The notes beneath the pieces were generated by a model. The model was given only the letters and a program-made list of their open reading frames with translations. It was not told the origin of the DNA and searched no databases. The position numbers and the translations under genes were made by a program. From assembly GCA_963827235.1 (NCBI GenBank), contig CAWHAE010000012.1, positions 1,024,001 through 1,088,000 of the forward strand: DNA of 64,000 bases, written 5' to 3'. Within the stretch, counting starts at the first letter, position 1; each line of letters begins with the position of its first letter. Of the stretch, positions 39,382-50,287 are shown in pieces. This DNA is from an uncultured bacterium (GTDB lineage Bacteria > Chloroflexota > UBA5177 > JANWHV01).

Positions 39382-39837
39382 ATGATGGATGTACCGTATC
39401 GGGAGCGAAACGCAGCCGGACTGAAGAAGCTCCGCGGCTTGGTCGAGCGCCTGAGCGACCAGGACCTTACCGTGGAGGTCGGTGGTGGCTGGACCGTCGC
39501 CGTGGCGCTTGCCCACGTGGCATTCTGGGATCGCTACCTGGCTGCACGGTGGAAGCACGCGGTGCGCGAGGGCCTCGCGGCTCCGGAGGGCTTGCCGGAC
39601 TTCGTGTCGGATTTCATCAACCAGGCGGCCGTCGACGACTGGCGGGTCTGTCCTCCGCGTGAGGCGGCGAGGCAGGCTCTCACGGCTGCCGAGGCCATCG
39701 AGCGCCAGATCGCTGCGCTCGACCCCGCCAAGCCCGCCGCCGCGCTGGCCAGCGCCCGGCCAAGCCTGGTCGACCGCACGCTGCACTGGCAGGAACACAT
39801 CGATCAGATCGAGCGCGCGCTCGGCGCAGCGCGATAG
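39382..39837 (+). CDS. DinB/mycothiol-dependent isomerase-like metal-binding protein
   Basis: GWTVAVALAHVAFWD and C-terminal HWQEHIDQI. Confidence 0.85.
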   Translation: MMDVPYRERNAAGLKKLRGLVERLSDQDLTVEVGGGWTVAVALAHVAFWDRYLAARWKHAVREGLAAPEGLPDFVSDFINQAAVDDWRVCPPREAARQALTAAEAIERQIAALDPAKPAAALASARPSLVDRTLHWQEHIDQIERALGAAR

Positions 39838-40230
39838 CTCGAGCCTGCCCAAGATCTTTCGCAGGGCGCCGGCTCGGGCGGCTCCGAGCCGGGCCATGAT
39901 CGTTCGCGGCCGGCATCATGGGCCATCGTCGCGCTGGTGAGACCACTTTTGTCTGTCTAAATAGTTGCAATCTACAATATTTTATATGTACGTTACAACC
40001 ATCCGAGGTGGGTCTCAGTAGGGAAGGATCACGAGGCATACACTACGAGGCAGCGCCTGGCCTGCAGGGGCCGAGCCGGGTCGAAAGGCGGCTTCGAGCG
40101 TCGCTCGCCGATAGGGTCCTGCACGACGGCGCCGCAACCGTGCTCCTCGTGCGCTCGCGGGCGTCCAGCCGCACGGATAGCTCAGATCGAGAAGAGGCTC
40201 CCGCCGGTTAGGAGGCGCATGGCTGCCCGG

Positions 40231-42135
40231 CTACGCCTCGACCGGCTGGGCGTAGGCTTGGGACGCCCGCCGGGCAAGCTTCACACGCTCGCTGTTTTCC
40301 AGTGTCCGCTTCCGCAGGCGGAACGTCTTCGGCGTGACCTCCACCAGCTCGTCGGCGCCGATGAAGTCCAGGGCCTGCTCGAGGCTCAGGCGCATGGGTG
40401 TCACCAGCTTGACCGCGATCTCCGCCGTACTGTTGCGCATGTTCGTCTGCTGCTTCTCGCGGCACACGTTCACCGCGATGTCGTTGTCGCGAGCGTTCAG
40501 CCCCACGATCATGCCCTCGTAGACGGGCACGCCGGGCTCGATGAACATCACGCCGCGCTCCTGCGCCTTCGAGATGCCGAACGCCACCGCGGTTCCGCCC
40601 TCCGAGGCCACGAGCACGCCGTTGCGATCGCCCTCCATGGCACCGTACCAGGGCTCGTAGCCGAGCAGGATGCTGCTGAGCGTGCCGTTGCCGCGCGTCG
40701 CCGTGAGGAAGGCGGAGCGGAAGCCAATCAGGCCGCGCGTGGGAATGGCGAACTCCAGGCGCACGTTGCCGCTGCCGTCGTTGTGCATGTTGACCATCTG
40801 GCCGAGGCGGCGGCTGAGCGACTCCGTGCAATAGCCCACGTGCTCGTCGCGCGTGTCGATCACCAGGTGCTCCACTGGCTCCTGCACCTGGCCCTCGACC
40901 TGCCTTGTGATCACCTCCGGGCGAGAGACCTGAAACTCGTAGCCCTCCCGTCGCATGGTCTCGATCAGTATTGCCAGGTGAAGCTCACCGCGGCCGGACA
41001 CGGTGAACACGTCCGCGCTCTGCGTGTCCTCGACGCGCAGCGCCACGTCACGCTCGATCTCGCGGTAAAGCCGCTCGCGAATATGGCGCGAGGTCACCCA
41101 CTGGCCGTCACGTCCCGCGAACGGCGAGGTGCTGACGCCGAAGCTCATGCGCACCGTGGGCTCCTCGATGTCGATGGTGGGCAGGGCCTCCGGCTCGTCG
41201 ATGCAGGCCACCGTGTCGCCAATCGTCAGATCGGGCAGGCCGACCAGCGACACGATGTCGCCCGCGGCAACGGCTTCCGCGGGAATGCGGTCCAGTCCCT
41301 GGAAGGTAAACAGCCCACCTACCTTGGTACGCGTGAGCGTGCCGTCACGGCTGATGATGGCGACCTGATCTCCCTGGCGCAGGGTGCCGCGCATCACCCG
41401 GCCCACGGCGGTCTTCCCTTGGTAGTTGTCATAACCTAGGGACGTGATCAGCACCTGCAGGGGCCCATCCGGGTCGACCAATGGCGGGGGAACGTAGCGG
41501 AGAATGGCGTCGAACAACGGGGCGAGCCCGCGGCTATCGTCTTGCCCGCGGTCGGACGGCCTGTCGCTGCCCTGAACTGCAGCCACATAGTCGTCGGCGT
41601 TGTCGACCGCGATCCCCTGCTTGGCCACGGCATAGAGCACGGGAAACTCGAGCTGCTCCTCGTGTGTAGCCAGCTCGAGAAACAGATCCTGGGTCATGTG
41701 CAGCACGTCGTTCGGCCGCGCGTTGGCGCGGTCGATCTTGTTGATTACCACGATCGGCTTGAGACCGAAGCTGAGGGCTTTTCGCAGCACGAAGGTGGTC
41801 TGGGGCATCGGTCCATCGACCGCGTCGACCAGCAGCAGGCAGCCGTCGGCCATGGTGAGCACACGCTCCACCTCACCGCTGAAGTCCGCGTGGCCGGGCG
41901 TATCGATGATGTTGATCTTCACGCCGCGGTAGGTGACGGCGGTATTCTTGGCCAGAATGGTAATACCCTTCTCACGCTCCAGGTCATTGGAGTCCATGAT
42001 CAGGGTGCCGACGTGCTGATGCGCGGCAAACACCTTGCTCTGCTTGAGCAAACCGTCAACGAGAGTGGTCTTGCCATGATCGACGTGGGCGATGATGGCG
42101 ATATTGCGAATGTCGTCGCGCTGGATGTGCTGCAT
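40231..42135 (-). CDS. typA: Translational GTPase TypA/BipA
   Basis: AHVDHGKTT, EREKGITILAKN, DTPGHADF, NKID, SGRGELHL and ELVEVTP. Confidence 0.98.
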   Translation of the reverse strand: MQHIQRDDIRNIAIIAHVDHGKTTLVDGLLKQSKVFAAHQHVGTLIMDSNDLEREKGITILAKNTAVTYRGVKINIIDTPGHADFSGEVERVLTMADGCLLLVDAVDGPMPQTTFVLRKALSFGLKPIVVINKIDRANARPNDVLHMTQDLFLELATHEEQLEFPVLYAVAKQGIAVDNADDYVAAVQGSDRPSDRGQDDSRGLAPLFDAILRYVPPPLVDPDGPLQVLITSLGYDNYQGKTAVGRVMRGTLRQGDQVAIISRDGTLTRTKVGGLFTFQGLDRIPAEAVAAGDIVSLVGLPDLTIGDTVACIDEPEALPTIDIEEPTVRMSFGVSTSPFAGRDGQWVTSRHIRERLYREIERDVALRVEDTQSADVFTVSGRGELHLAILIETMRREGYEFQVSRPEVITRQVEGQVQEPVEHLVIDTRDEHVGYCTESLSRRLGQMVNMHNDGSGNVRLEFAIPTRGLIGFRSAFLTATRGNGTLSSILLGYEPWYGAMEGDRNGVLVASEGGTAVAFGISKAQERGVMFIEPGVPVYEGMIVGLNARDNDIAVNVCREKQQTNMRNSTAEIAVKLVTPMRLSLEQALDFIGADELVEVTPKTFRLRKRTLENSERVKLARRASQAYAQPVEA

Positions 42136-42482
42136 GAATACCCTCGAGAAGCTGGCAGAATGTGGCGTGCGTCCCCGCTGCTACCGGGTGCATTCGCCGC
42201 CAAGGGGCTGTGCGAGGTCCCGCAACGGGGCGCTAATCCGGTGCCCGGCGGCGCGCACATTCCCGCAAAGGTCCGATGCTCTGCGATCGGCCCTGATGCC
42301 GGACGTCCATGCTTAGTATACTGGTTAGCGCCACGCTCGTAAGCGCCGCCCTCATCCTGCCTGTCCGGCGCATCATGCCCGGCGCCGGTGATATGCTGAA
42401 GCTCATTGCCGGCGAGGCCCTGTTCCCCGGCTCACGAGGCGGCATCGTGTCTATCGTCCGCGTCTAGTCGAAGGCTGTCGTC

Positions 42483-43355
42483 ATGATCCCTCAGGCACTG
42501 GCGCTTGCTCTCGGAGCCGCCGCGCTGCATGCGACATGGAACGTTCGGCTCAAGACGACCGGGGATCCGTTCCGCGCCTCCACGCGTGCGACGATAGCGT
42601 CGGCTGTCTCGCTGCTACCCGCCGGCTGCCTTGCATGGCTCCTGACCGGGCGCCCGGGCATCCCTGCCGGTATCTGGGTGCTTATCATCCTCTCCGCGCT
42701 GGCGGAGCTCGTCTACCTCATTTTGCTTTCCGCCGCCTACAAGCGGGGCGATCTCTCGCACACCTACGCGGTGGCACGCGGCACCGCGCCGGTGCTCGCC
42801 GTCCTGGCCGGACTGGCACTGGGAGAGCGACTATCGTGGCATGGATATGCCGGCGTCGTGCTGGTCCTGTGCGGCCTGCTCGCCGCCCGGCCGCCGCGCT
42901 CCGCCGGCGGCGCCACGCGATTGGCACTTCTGACCGGCGTCTGCATCGCCTGCTACTCCACCATAGACAGCGTCGGCGTCAGGCACGCGCAGCCGTGGCT
43001 GTACGGTTGGGCAATGTGGTCAGTAACCGCCGTCCTCGCCGCCGTCTGGATACGGGCCGCGGGCCGGCGACAAGCGAAGCGCGGCGGAGCCGCGATAGCC
43101 GCGCTGGGCGCCGGTGTGCAGCCAGCCGGCTGGATGCCGGCACTGATCATGGGCACGATGATGGCGGTCCCGTACCTGATGGTGCTAGTTGCCCTGAGCT
43201 GGGCGCCGTTGCTGATCGTGGCGCCCGTACGCGAGTCGGCGATCGTGCTGGTCACCGTGTGGAGCGTGCTGCGCCTGGGCGAGCGCGAGAGGGCCCCCTG
43301 GCGCGTGGTCGGCGCAGTGGTGGTGCTGGCCGGCATCGTGCTGTTGGCAACGTAG
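42483..43355 (+). CDS. EamA/DMT family transporter
   Basis: Ten TMs; LHATWN, AY..GDLS..Y..ARG, YSTID, RE and LGE. Confidence 0.9.
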   Translation: MIPQALALALGAAALHATWNVRLKTTGDPFRASTRATIASAVSLLPAGCLAWLLTGRPGIPAGIWVLIILSALAELVYLILLSAAYKRGDLSHTYAVARGTAPVLAVLAGLALGERLSWHGYAGVVLVLCGLLAARPPRSAGGATRLALLTGVCIACYSTIDSVGVRHAQPWLYGWAMWSVTAVLAAVWIRAAGRRQAKRGGAAIAALGAGVQPAGWMPALIMGTMMAVPYLMVLVALSWAPLLIVAPVRESAIVLVTVWSVLRLGERERAPWRVVGAVVVLAGIVLLAT

Positions 43356-43475
43356 GTGAGCAGGATCCTGCGAGATCGCCCGACGGTCGCGACCACGTGC
43401 GGCGCGCTGCGCGGTCGTGCGCTCCCGGCAAGCGCGCTCCGCCGGCCGGAGACCGGCGACGGGCCGCGCGGCATC

Positions 43476-44468
43476 TCACACGCTGCCGATCTCGATCGCC
43501 AGGGCGCCTCGCACGTCGCCGGATCGCAGGCGATCGAAGGCCGTGTTGAGCCGTGCGAGCGGCATGGAGTCGACCTCGCTGCGCACCGGCACACGCGGGG
43601 CCAGGGCCAGGAACTCCTCGCCATCCTGCCGGGTCAGGTTGGCGACCGAGCGCAACACCCGCTCCTCCCAGAGGAGGTCGTACGAGAACGCCGGGATCTC
43701 GCTCATGTGAATGCCTGCGCAGACGACCGTACCGCCGCGGTCGACTGCCCGCAGGGCGGCGGGCACAAGTCCCCCGGCCGGTGCGAAGAGAATGGCAGCG
43801 TCCAGCGGCTCAGGCGACGGTCCCAGCGCGTCGCCTGCCCACTCCGCTCCCAACTCACGCGCGAAGGCCTGCGAGGCCGTGTCATCGCGGCGCGTGAAGG
43901 CGAACACGCGGCGGCCCTGGTGCAACGCGACCTGCGCTACGATGTGAGCCGCCGCACCGAAGCCATAGAGTCCCAGTCGCAGGCCGTCCCCGGCCATGCG
44001 CAGCGCCCGATAGCCGATCAGGCCGGCACAGAGCAGCGGTGCCGCCTGCAGGTCGGGATAGCCGGCCGGGATGCGAAAGCAGTAACGCGAGTCGGCAACG
44101 CAATACTCGGCATAACCGCCGTCGATCGTGTAGCCGGTAAAGCGCGCCGCCCGGCAAAGGTTCTCGCGGCCGGCAAGACAGTAGCGGCAAACGCCGCAGG
44201 TGAAACCGAGCCACGGCACGCCGACCCGGTCGCCCGGCGCGAAGCCGTCGACGCCGGCGCCCAGCTCCTCGACTATGCCCACGATCTGATGGCCGAGCAC
44301 TAGCGGCAGCTTCGGCTCGGACAATTCGCCGTCCAGCACGTGCAGGTCGGTCCGGCAGACGCCGCACACGTGCACGCCGAGCAAGACCTGGCCGGGTCCC
44401 GGCGACGGTCGTTCGATCTCGGCTTCCTGCACGGGCTGCCGGGGCTGGGTCAGGACCATCGCACGCAT
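43476..44468 (-). CDS. Zinc-dependent alcohol dehydrogenase
   Basis: CGVCRTDLH, GHQ, CGVCRYC...ENLC and GLYGFGAAA. Confidence 0.95.
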   Translation of the reverse strand: MRAMVLTQPRQPVQEAEIERPSPGPGQVLLGVHVCGVCRTDLHVLDGELSEPKLPLVLGHQIVGIVEELGAGVDGFAPGDRVGVPWLGFTCGVCRYCLAGRENLCRAARFTGYTIDGGYAEYCVADSRYCFRIPAGYPDLQAAPLLCAGLIGYRALRMAGDGLRLGLYGFGAAAHIVAQVALHQGRRVFAFTRRDDTASQAFARELGAEWAGDALGPSPEPLDAAILFAPAGGLVPAALRAVDRGGTVVCAGIHMSEIPAFSYDLLWEERVLRSVANLTRQDGEEFLALAPRVPVRSEVDSMPLARLNTAFDRLRSGDVRGALAIEIGSV

Positions 44469-44829
44469 CGCCGCCCCTCAACGCTGGTCGAGTCCACGCC
44501 GTGCCTTTCGACGGCCGGCGCCATCCCTGTGCTCATGGTACAGCCGCCTCGGCGATGCGGGGTTGATGCCCGGCGCCGAAGGATGCGGCCACCGGCGGCG
44601 TCCTGGCTCAGGCTTTCACTCGGCGGACAGCTTGCCGGCGAGATACCCGTCGTATTCGGTCGCCACGACTCGGCCGAGCCCCTGCCGACCAAGCGCGAGG
44701 GTCGAGTTCGGTGCTACCCTGGTCTCGGGAACCGTGAACCAATATGCCGGACAAGGCCCCGGCGAAGACCGCGACAGAGCGGCCGTGCCCAGCGCCGGAA
44801 GAATGCACGCCATGAGCGGGGAAGATCGA

Positions 44830-45378
44830 GTGAATCCGAACGCCACGTTGCTGGACCGCGCGAGTTGCGCGCTGATGGTGATCGACGCACAGGAGCGGCT
44901 GCTCCCGGCCCTGAGCGGTGCCGAGAAGGCCGTGGCCAACATCGTCAGGCTGGTGAGATTCGCCAAGATCGTCGGGCTGCCCGTGCTCGTCACGGAGCAG
45001 CAGAAGCTGGGACCCACTGCGCCGGAGATCCGGGCGGAGCTGGCCGGCGTGGAGCCGCTGCTCAAGATGGAGTTCGACGGCCTGCTCAACCCCGCCGTGC
45101 GCGATCGGGTGCAGAGCCTGCAGAGGAGCACGCTCATCCTGGCCGGCTTCGAGGCCCACGTCTGCGTGACGCTGACCGCGATCCACGCGGCCGAGACGCA
45201 TCTCGTGCACGTGGTGAGCGACGCCGTCGCCTCGCGCGATCCCGAGAACAAGGCCGTCGCTCTGGGGCGTCTCCGTCGCGCGGACGTGGTGGTCACCTCC
45301 ACGGAGACGGCGATCTACGAGATACTGCAGCGAGCGGGAACGGATGAGTTCCGGTCCGTTCTGGCCGTCGTCAAGTAG
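44830..45378 (+). CDS. Isochorismatase family hydrolase
   Basis: VIDAQERL, TEQ...LGPT, K.EF, GFEAHVCV and DAVASR; start 44812 or 44830. Confidence 0.9.
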   Translation: MNPNATLLDRASCALMVIDAQERLLPALSGAEKAVANIVRLVRFAKIVGLPVLVTEQQKLGPTAPEIRAELAGVEPLLKMEFDGLLNPAVRDRVQSLQRSTLILAGFEAHVCVTLTAIHAAETHLVHVVSDAVASRDPENKAVALGRLRRADVVVTSTETAIYEILQRAGTDEFRSVLAVVK

Positions 45379-46057
45379 AATCCGGCATGACCTCCGCATT
45401 ACGGTTTGCCGGCTGCTTGGTCAGACGGTCGGCCAGGCGCGCGGGCTCCGGCAGCCGATAGCCGCGCAGGCAGCGCATCACGATGTCGACTGCCGTCTCC
45501 AGGCCGACTTTGTGACCGCTGCTGATGAACAGCGGCCGCGTGCGAGCCTTCGTGCGTACAACCCGGCCGATCGTTTCGCCATGCCGATCGAACAGCGGCG
45601 AGCAGTCGCCGGCTATCGGACCTGGCTCCACGTACGTGCCGGTGAGCCGGGACTTGGCGCACCCGATTGACGGTATGCCGGTAACCACGCCCAGATGGCT
45701 GGCGATGCCGATGCGCCGCGGATGCGCGATGCCGTGCCCATCCACGAGCAACAGCTCCGGCCGGGTGCGCAGCTTGGCGAGCGCGTCCAGGAGCGCGGGG
45801 ATCTCGCGGAACGAGAGCAGGCCGGGAATATAGGGAAACGTCGTTTCTCTGGTCGCTGCCGCCTCTTCGATCACCCGGAGGTCGGGAAAGGAGAGCACGA
45901 CGACAACGGCCCTGCTCACGTCCCGGTACGAAGCGTCCACTCCGGCGATCGTCGTCAGCTTCTCGGGCTCGAAACCGTCCCGCGCCTCGACCTGCAGCGC
46001 CAGCTCACGCTGCAGTGCGATTGCCTGCTCGACGCTCGCATCCCACCATTGCTCCAC
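45371..46057 (-). CDS. nfi: Endonuclease V
   Basis: AGVDASY, FPYIPGLLSFRE, VDGHGIAHPRR.GIASH and RLPEP. Confidence 0.95.
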   Translation of the reverse strand: MEQWWDASVEQAIALQRELALQVEARDGFEPEKLTTIAGVDASYRDVSRAVVVVLSFPDLRVIEEAAATRETTFPYIPGLLSFREIPALLDALAKLRTRPELLLVDGHGIAHPRRIGIASHLGVVTGIPSIGCAKSRLTGTYVEPGPIAGDCSPLFDRHGETIGRVVRTKARTRPLFISSGHKVGLETAVDIVMRCLRGYRLPEPARLADRLTKQPANRNAEVMPDST

Positions 46058-46239
46058 GGCCGTGTTCTCTCCTCGTGGCAGCATACCAGCCGGACGATCA
46101 GCGCGGCGCGCTCGCCTCTAGCTAGTACGATCGGTTCTCTTGCCTGCCGGTCTGATGCAGCGTACTCCGGGCGCGTATGACGGCAGTCACGGAGCGCGTC
46201 TCGCTGGATCCTGCCGGCCGGGTCGAGTCCAGGGGCTGG

Positions 46240-49200
46240 CTACCGGCGGTGGCCGGCCGGCTGCAGGAACAGCCGCAGCGTGCGGATCTCGAATGGGCCG
46301 AGCTCCAGCTCGACACTGCCGTCATCCGCCGCGACGTCACGGTCGTGCTGTTCTATCAGGTCGACTTCGCAGACCCGGGCCAAGGGGAATGCGCTGTACA
46401 GCCTGGTGCGAATCGACTTCCCATGCGATTCGTAGAGCCGCACTATGACGCCTTCGCCCAGCTCAGCCTGTTTCACGGTCTCGACTACGACATTCGAGGC
46501 ATCGACCTGGAAGAACCACGCCGTCGCCGGCGCAGTGCCTGCGTGCGGCGGGACCAGGCACGGCGTGAGCGGGACGTTCAGCTCGTAGCCGGCGCGTTCC
46601 ACCCGGCCTGCCGAGGGTCCACCTGCATGAGGATAGAGCGCATAAGTGAACGCGTGCGTAGCCCGATCGGCAACCGGATCCGGGTAGTCGGGACTGCGCA
46701 GCAAGTTGAGGCTGATCACATTGCGCTCGACGCCGTAGCCATACTTGCAGTCGTTGAGTAGCGCCACGCCGTAGTCGACCTGCGAGAGGTCGGCCCATTT
46801 CTGCCCACACACCTCAAATCTCGCCAGATCCCAGCTCGTGTTGCTGTGCGTCGGGCGCCTGATGGAGCCAAACTGGATATCGAACGTGGCCTCCGTCGCG
46901 CGAACCGCCAGCGGGAAGCGGGCGCGCAACATCTTGCCCCGCTCGCGCCAGTCGACGGTGGTGACGAAGTCGAGGCGCCTGCTCCCCGCGGTCAGCACGA
47001 CCTGCTGCTCGAGGCGGGAGCCGCCCACGGCGAAGATCTGGCGTACGACGGCCCGGGGTCCGTCGACCAGCGCATCGCTCGACTGCAGCACTGCCCGCTC
47101 CGGCGGCCTCGACGCGTAGTCCATCGGGATGTCCCAGGCGTCGCCGCGGTCTTGATACAGCAGCAGGGCGTTGCCCGGCTCTTGCGCGGAGACGACTTCG
47201 CGATCGTGCTCTTTGTCGAACAGCGAGCTGATCGTGCCGTCGGGCGCGAGGCGCACCCGCAACTTGTCGTTCTCCAGCAGGCCGGCGCTCGCCACGAGAT
47301 TCCCGGGCATGGGCTGGGACTCCGCCCAGTCCACGGTGGTGTAGCCGAGTGCCGGCACGGTGACGCGGCGCCAGCGACCGTCGAGCTGGATCCACTGATC
47401 CCGCTCCCAGGACAGGGAGTTCATGATGACGGCGGGCTGGGTCAGGGCATGCGTGTCGACGTCCGCCAGGAGCGCGGCCCTTGATGCGCCGATCAGCGTC
47501 TCGGTCTCCTCGAGCAACGCGGCGTAGCGAGCGAGCGACTCCTCGTAGACACGGGTGATCGACGAGCCGGGCAGAATGTCGTGGAACTGATACAGGAGCA
47601 TCTCTTTCCAGATGCGCTCCAGCTGCGCTGCGGGGTAGCCATAGCCCGACACCCTGCAGGCGAGCCATGACGAATCAGCTCCAGCTCGCGCAGGGAGAGC
47701 TCCAGCTTGCGGTTGGCCCGCTTGTTTCTGGCCTGGGTCGTGTAGGTACCCTGGTGCCGCTCGAAATACAGCTCGCCAACCCACGTCGCATAGTCATCCG
47801 TCTCCTTCGCGATGCGGTCGAAGAACTGCTCGGCAGGCTCCTGCGATACCGGCGACAGGCCGGCAAGATCTCGCTCGCGCGCCAGTCGCTCCAGGTGCTC
47901 TTCGCCCGGCCCGCCGCCGCCGTCGCCTATACCGAACAGCAGCAGCGCATGCTCCGAGAGCTGTTTATCCGCGAAGCCGCGCTCAGTCGCCATCAGGGCC
48001 CGAGGTGCGGCCGAGCTGTTGTACGTGCCTTCCGGCGGCATGTGACAGAGCACCTTGCTGCCGTCGATGCCTTCCCAGTAGAACGTGTGGTGCGGGAAGG
48101 CGTTGACGACGTTCCAGGAGATCTTGATCGTCATGAAGTAGTCCACACCGGAACGCTTCAGGATCTGCGGCAGGGCGCCGGAGTAACCGAACACGTCGGG
48201 CAGCCAGCAGGTGCGCGGCACGCGGCCGAACTCCTCGAGGAAGAAGCGGCGACCGTAAAGCAGCTGCCGCACCAGTGCCTCGCCGCCGGAGATGTTGGTA
48301 TCGGGCTCTACCCACATCGCTCCCTGCACTTCCCAGCGGCCGGAAGCGATCTGCTCGCCGACCCTGGCGTACAGCGACGGATAGTAGTCTTTCACCCACT
48401 GGTAGAGCTGCGGCTGGCTGGCGCCGAACACGTATTCGGGATACCGCTCCAGCAGGGCCAGGGCGGTGGCAAAGGTTCGACCCCCTTTGCGGATCGTCTC
48501 GCGGAGCGGCCAGAGCCAGGCCAGGTCGATGTGCGCGTGACCGGTAGCGCTGACGGTGAGCGACGGGGTGCCGCCGCGCTTGGCCAGCTCAGGGGCCAGG
48601 TGGCCTCGCGCCACGGCAGCCTCCTGCTCCGAGTAGCTGCAGAGCTCGCGCTCCGCCCGGGCGAGGGCAGCCAGGATGCGTTGATGACGGGCGCTCTCCC
48701 GGGGCAACAGAGTCATCAGCTCGTGCAGCACCGAAAAGTCGTACGAAAGCGCTCGCATCTCCTCGTTGCAGACGGCGATGTGCGCCTCCTTGAGCGTGCC
48801 GCTGTCCGGGTACTTGCCGAACAGGTCGTTGCAGCCGGCCTCCACCCAGAGGTCTACAGGCTCGCCTCCCTGAGCCGCGTCCAGGAACGGGACCACGCGC
48901 TTGCCGGGACGGCCCAGCGAGTAGTCGAAGTCGGACGATACGGTGGTGAGGCCGAGCACGGGCGAGCCCAGGCCGTCGACCACGCATCCTTCGCCGCTCA
49001 GGTCAATCAGCAGCACCACCCGGTGGCCTGCTGCGGCCTCGGGCACCGCGCCCATGAAGCGAAACCAGGCGCAGTCCCAGAGCGCGCCCCAGCTCTGGCC
49101 GATTGCCACGGACGTCTCGCGTCCGGCGTTGCGCTCGGCAAAGGGTACCGGCTCCGGTGTGATCCACGCCTTTGCCTCCAGGGTCGCCACGGGCGTGTAC

Positions 49201-49268
49201 ACCGCGCGCTCTATTCCGTCGAGCGCCGTTTTCAGCTGCTCGAGCGTTTGCTCATCAAAACGAGCCAC
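46240..49268 (-). CDS. GH38 alpha-mannosidase; frameshift at ~47674
   Basis: GHAHIDLAWLW, WLPDVFGY, GDGGGG and GELYFE.H.G in the first ORF; QFHDILPGSS, ALLNDCKYG and IVRLYE in the second. Confidence 0.92.
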
Positions 49269-49339
49269 ACTTGACCTCCGGCGAGCCGTCGCACCGAGTG
49301 CAATTCATCCTGTACCTCACCATAGCACGGCGCGTGTGA

Positions 49340-50263
49340 TTATCCCTTGATACCGACCGAAGCAAAGCCCTGGACCAGGTAACGCTGGAAGAGGAAGAAG
49401 ATCACGATGGTCGGGAGCATGGCCAGCATGGCAGCCGCGAACAGCAGCGGGTAGTTGGGAATCTGTTGCGCGATCTCCAGGCTGGTTGCGTACGAGGTCA
49501 CGCCTGTGGAGATGGGCGTGATGTCGACGTTGGTGGCTCCCGAGGTAAAGATGAGCGGAGTGAGATAGTCGTTCCAGACGGCGATCACGCTTGGAGTCGC
49601 CGTACTCAGCACCGCTACCGTGATCATCACCGGCTTCATCATCGGCAGGTAGATGGAGAAAATCACCCGCAGCACGCCCGAACCGTCGATGCGCGCGGAC
49701 TCATCATAGTCGATCGGCACCGACTGGATCGTCTGCCGCACAAAGAAGATGGAGAAGGCATTGACAAGGCCCAGGCTGAGCAGCGCCCACCACGAGTCAT
49801 ACATCCCGGTGCCGCCGGCGCCCAAGATGTTGTTGCCGCCCAGCAGCGGGCAGCGCGAGATCATCACGAAGATTGGGGCCAGGGTCACCGTGCCGGGCAC
49901 CATCAGCGAGGCCAGCAGCAGCATGAAGCAAATGCCGCGCCCAGGAAATCGCAGGCGGGCGAACGCATAGCCCGAGGTCAGCGACAACAAGGAGGGGATG
50001 ACCGCGAACCAGGTGCACCGGATGGCGCTATTGCGAAGCCACATCCAGAGATCCGGGTTTTTCAGCATCGTGTTCACGTTGTCCAGTGTGAAGTGGACGG
50101 GCACCGGCAGGACGACTGCCTGCTCATAATCCGGGATGGTGCAGAAGCTGGCCAGCACGCCAAATACAAACGGATACGCCATAATCGCGCCGCCGATAAG
50201 CAGCAGGGCGTGAATGCTTGCGGAGCCGGCGTGGCGGCGCGCGAACGTCGCAAGTGCGGTCAC
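49340..50263 (-). CDS. Carbohydrate ABC transporter permease (MalG-like)
   Basis: GYAFARLRFPGR, ESARIDG, WNDYL and FQRYLVQG. Confidence 0.95.
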   Translation of the reverse strand: MTALATFARRHAGSASIHALLLIGGAIMAYPFVFGVLASFCTIPDYEQAVVLPVPVHFTLDNVNTMLKNPDLWMWLRNSAIRCTWFAVIPSLLSLTSGYAFARLRFPGRGICFMLLLASLMVPGTVTLAPIFVMISRCPLLGGNNILGAGGTGMYDSWWALLSLGLVNAFSIFFVRQTIQSVPIDYDESARIDGSGVLRVIFSIYLPMMKPVMITVAVLSTATPSVIAVWNDYLTPLIFTSGATNVDITPISTGVTSYATSLEIAQQIPNYPLLFAAAMLAMLPTIVIFFLFQRYLVQGFASVGIKG

Positions 50264-50287
50264 ACTCTATTCCTCATTTCTTGCCGC

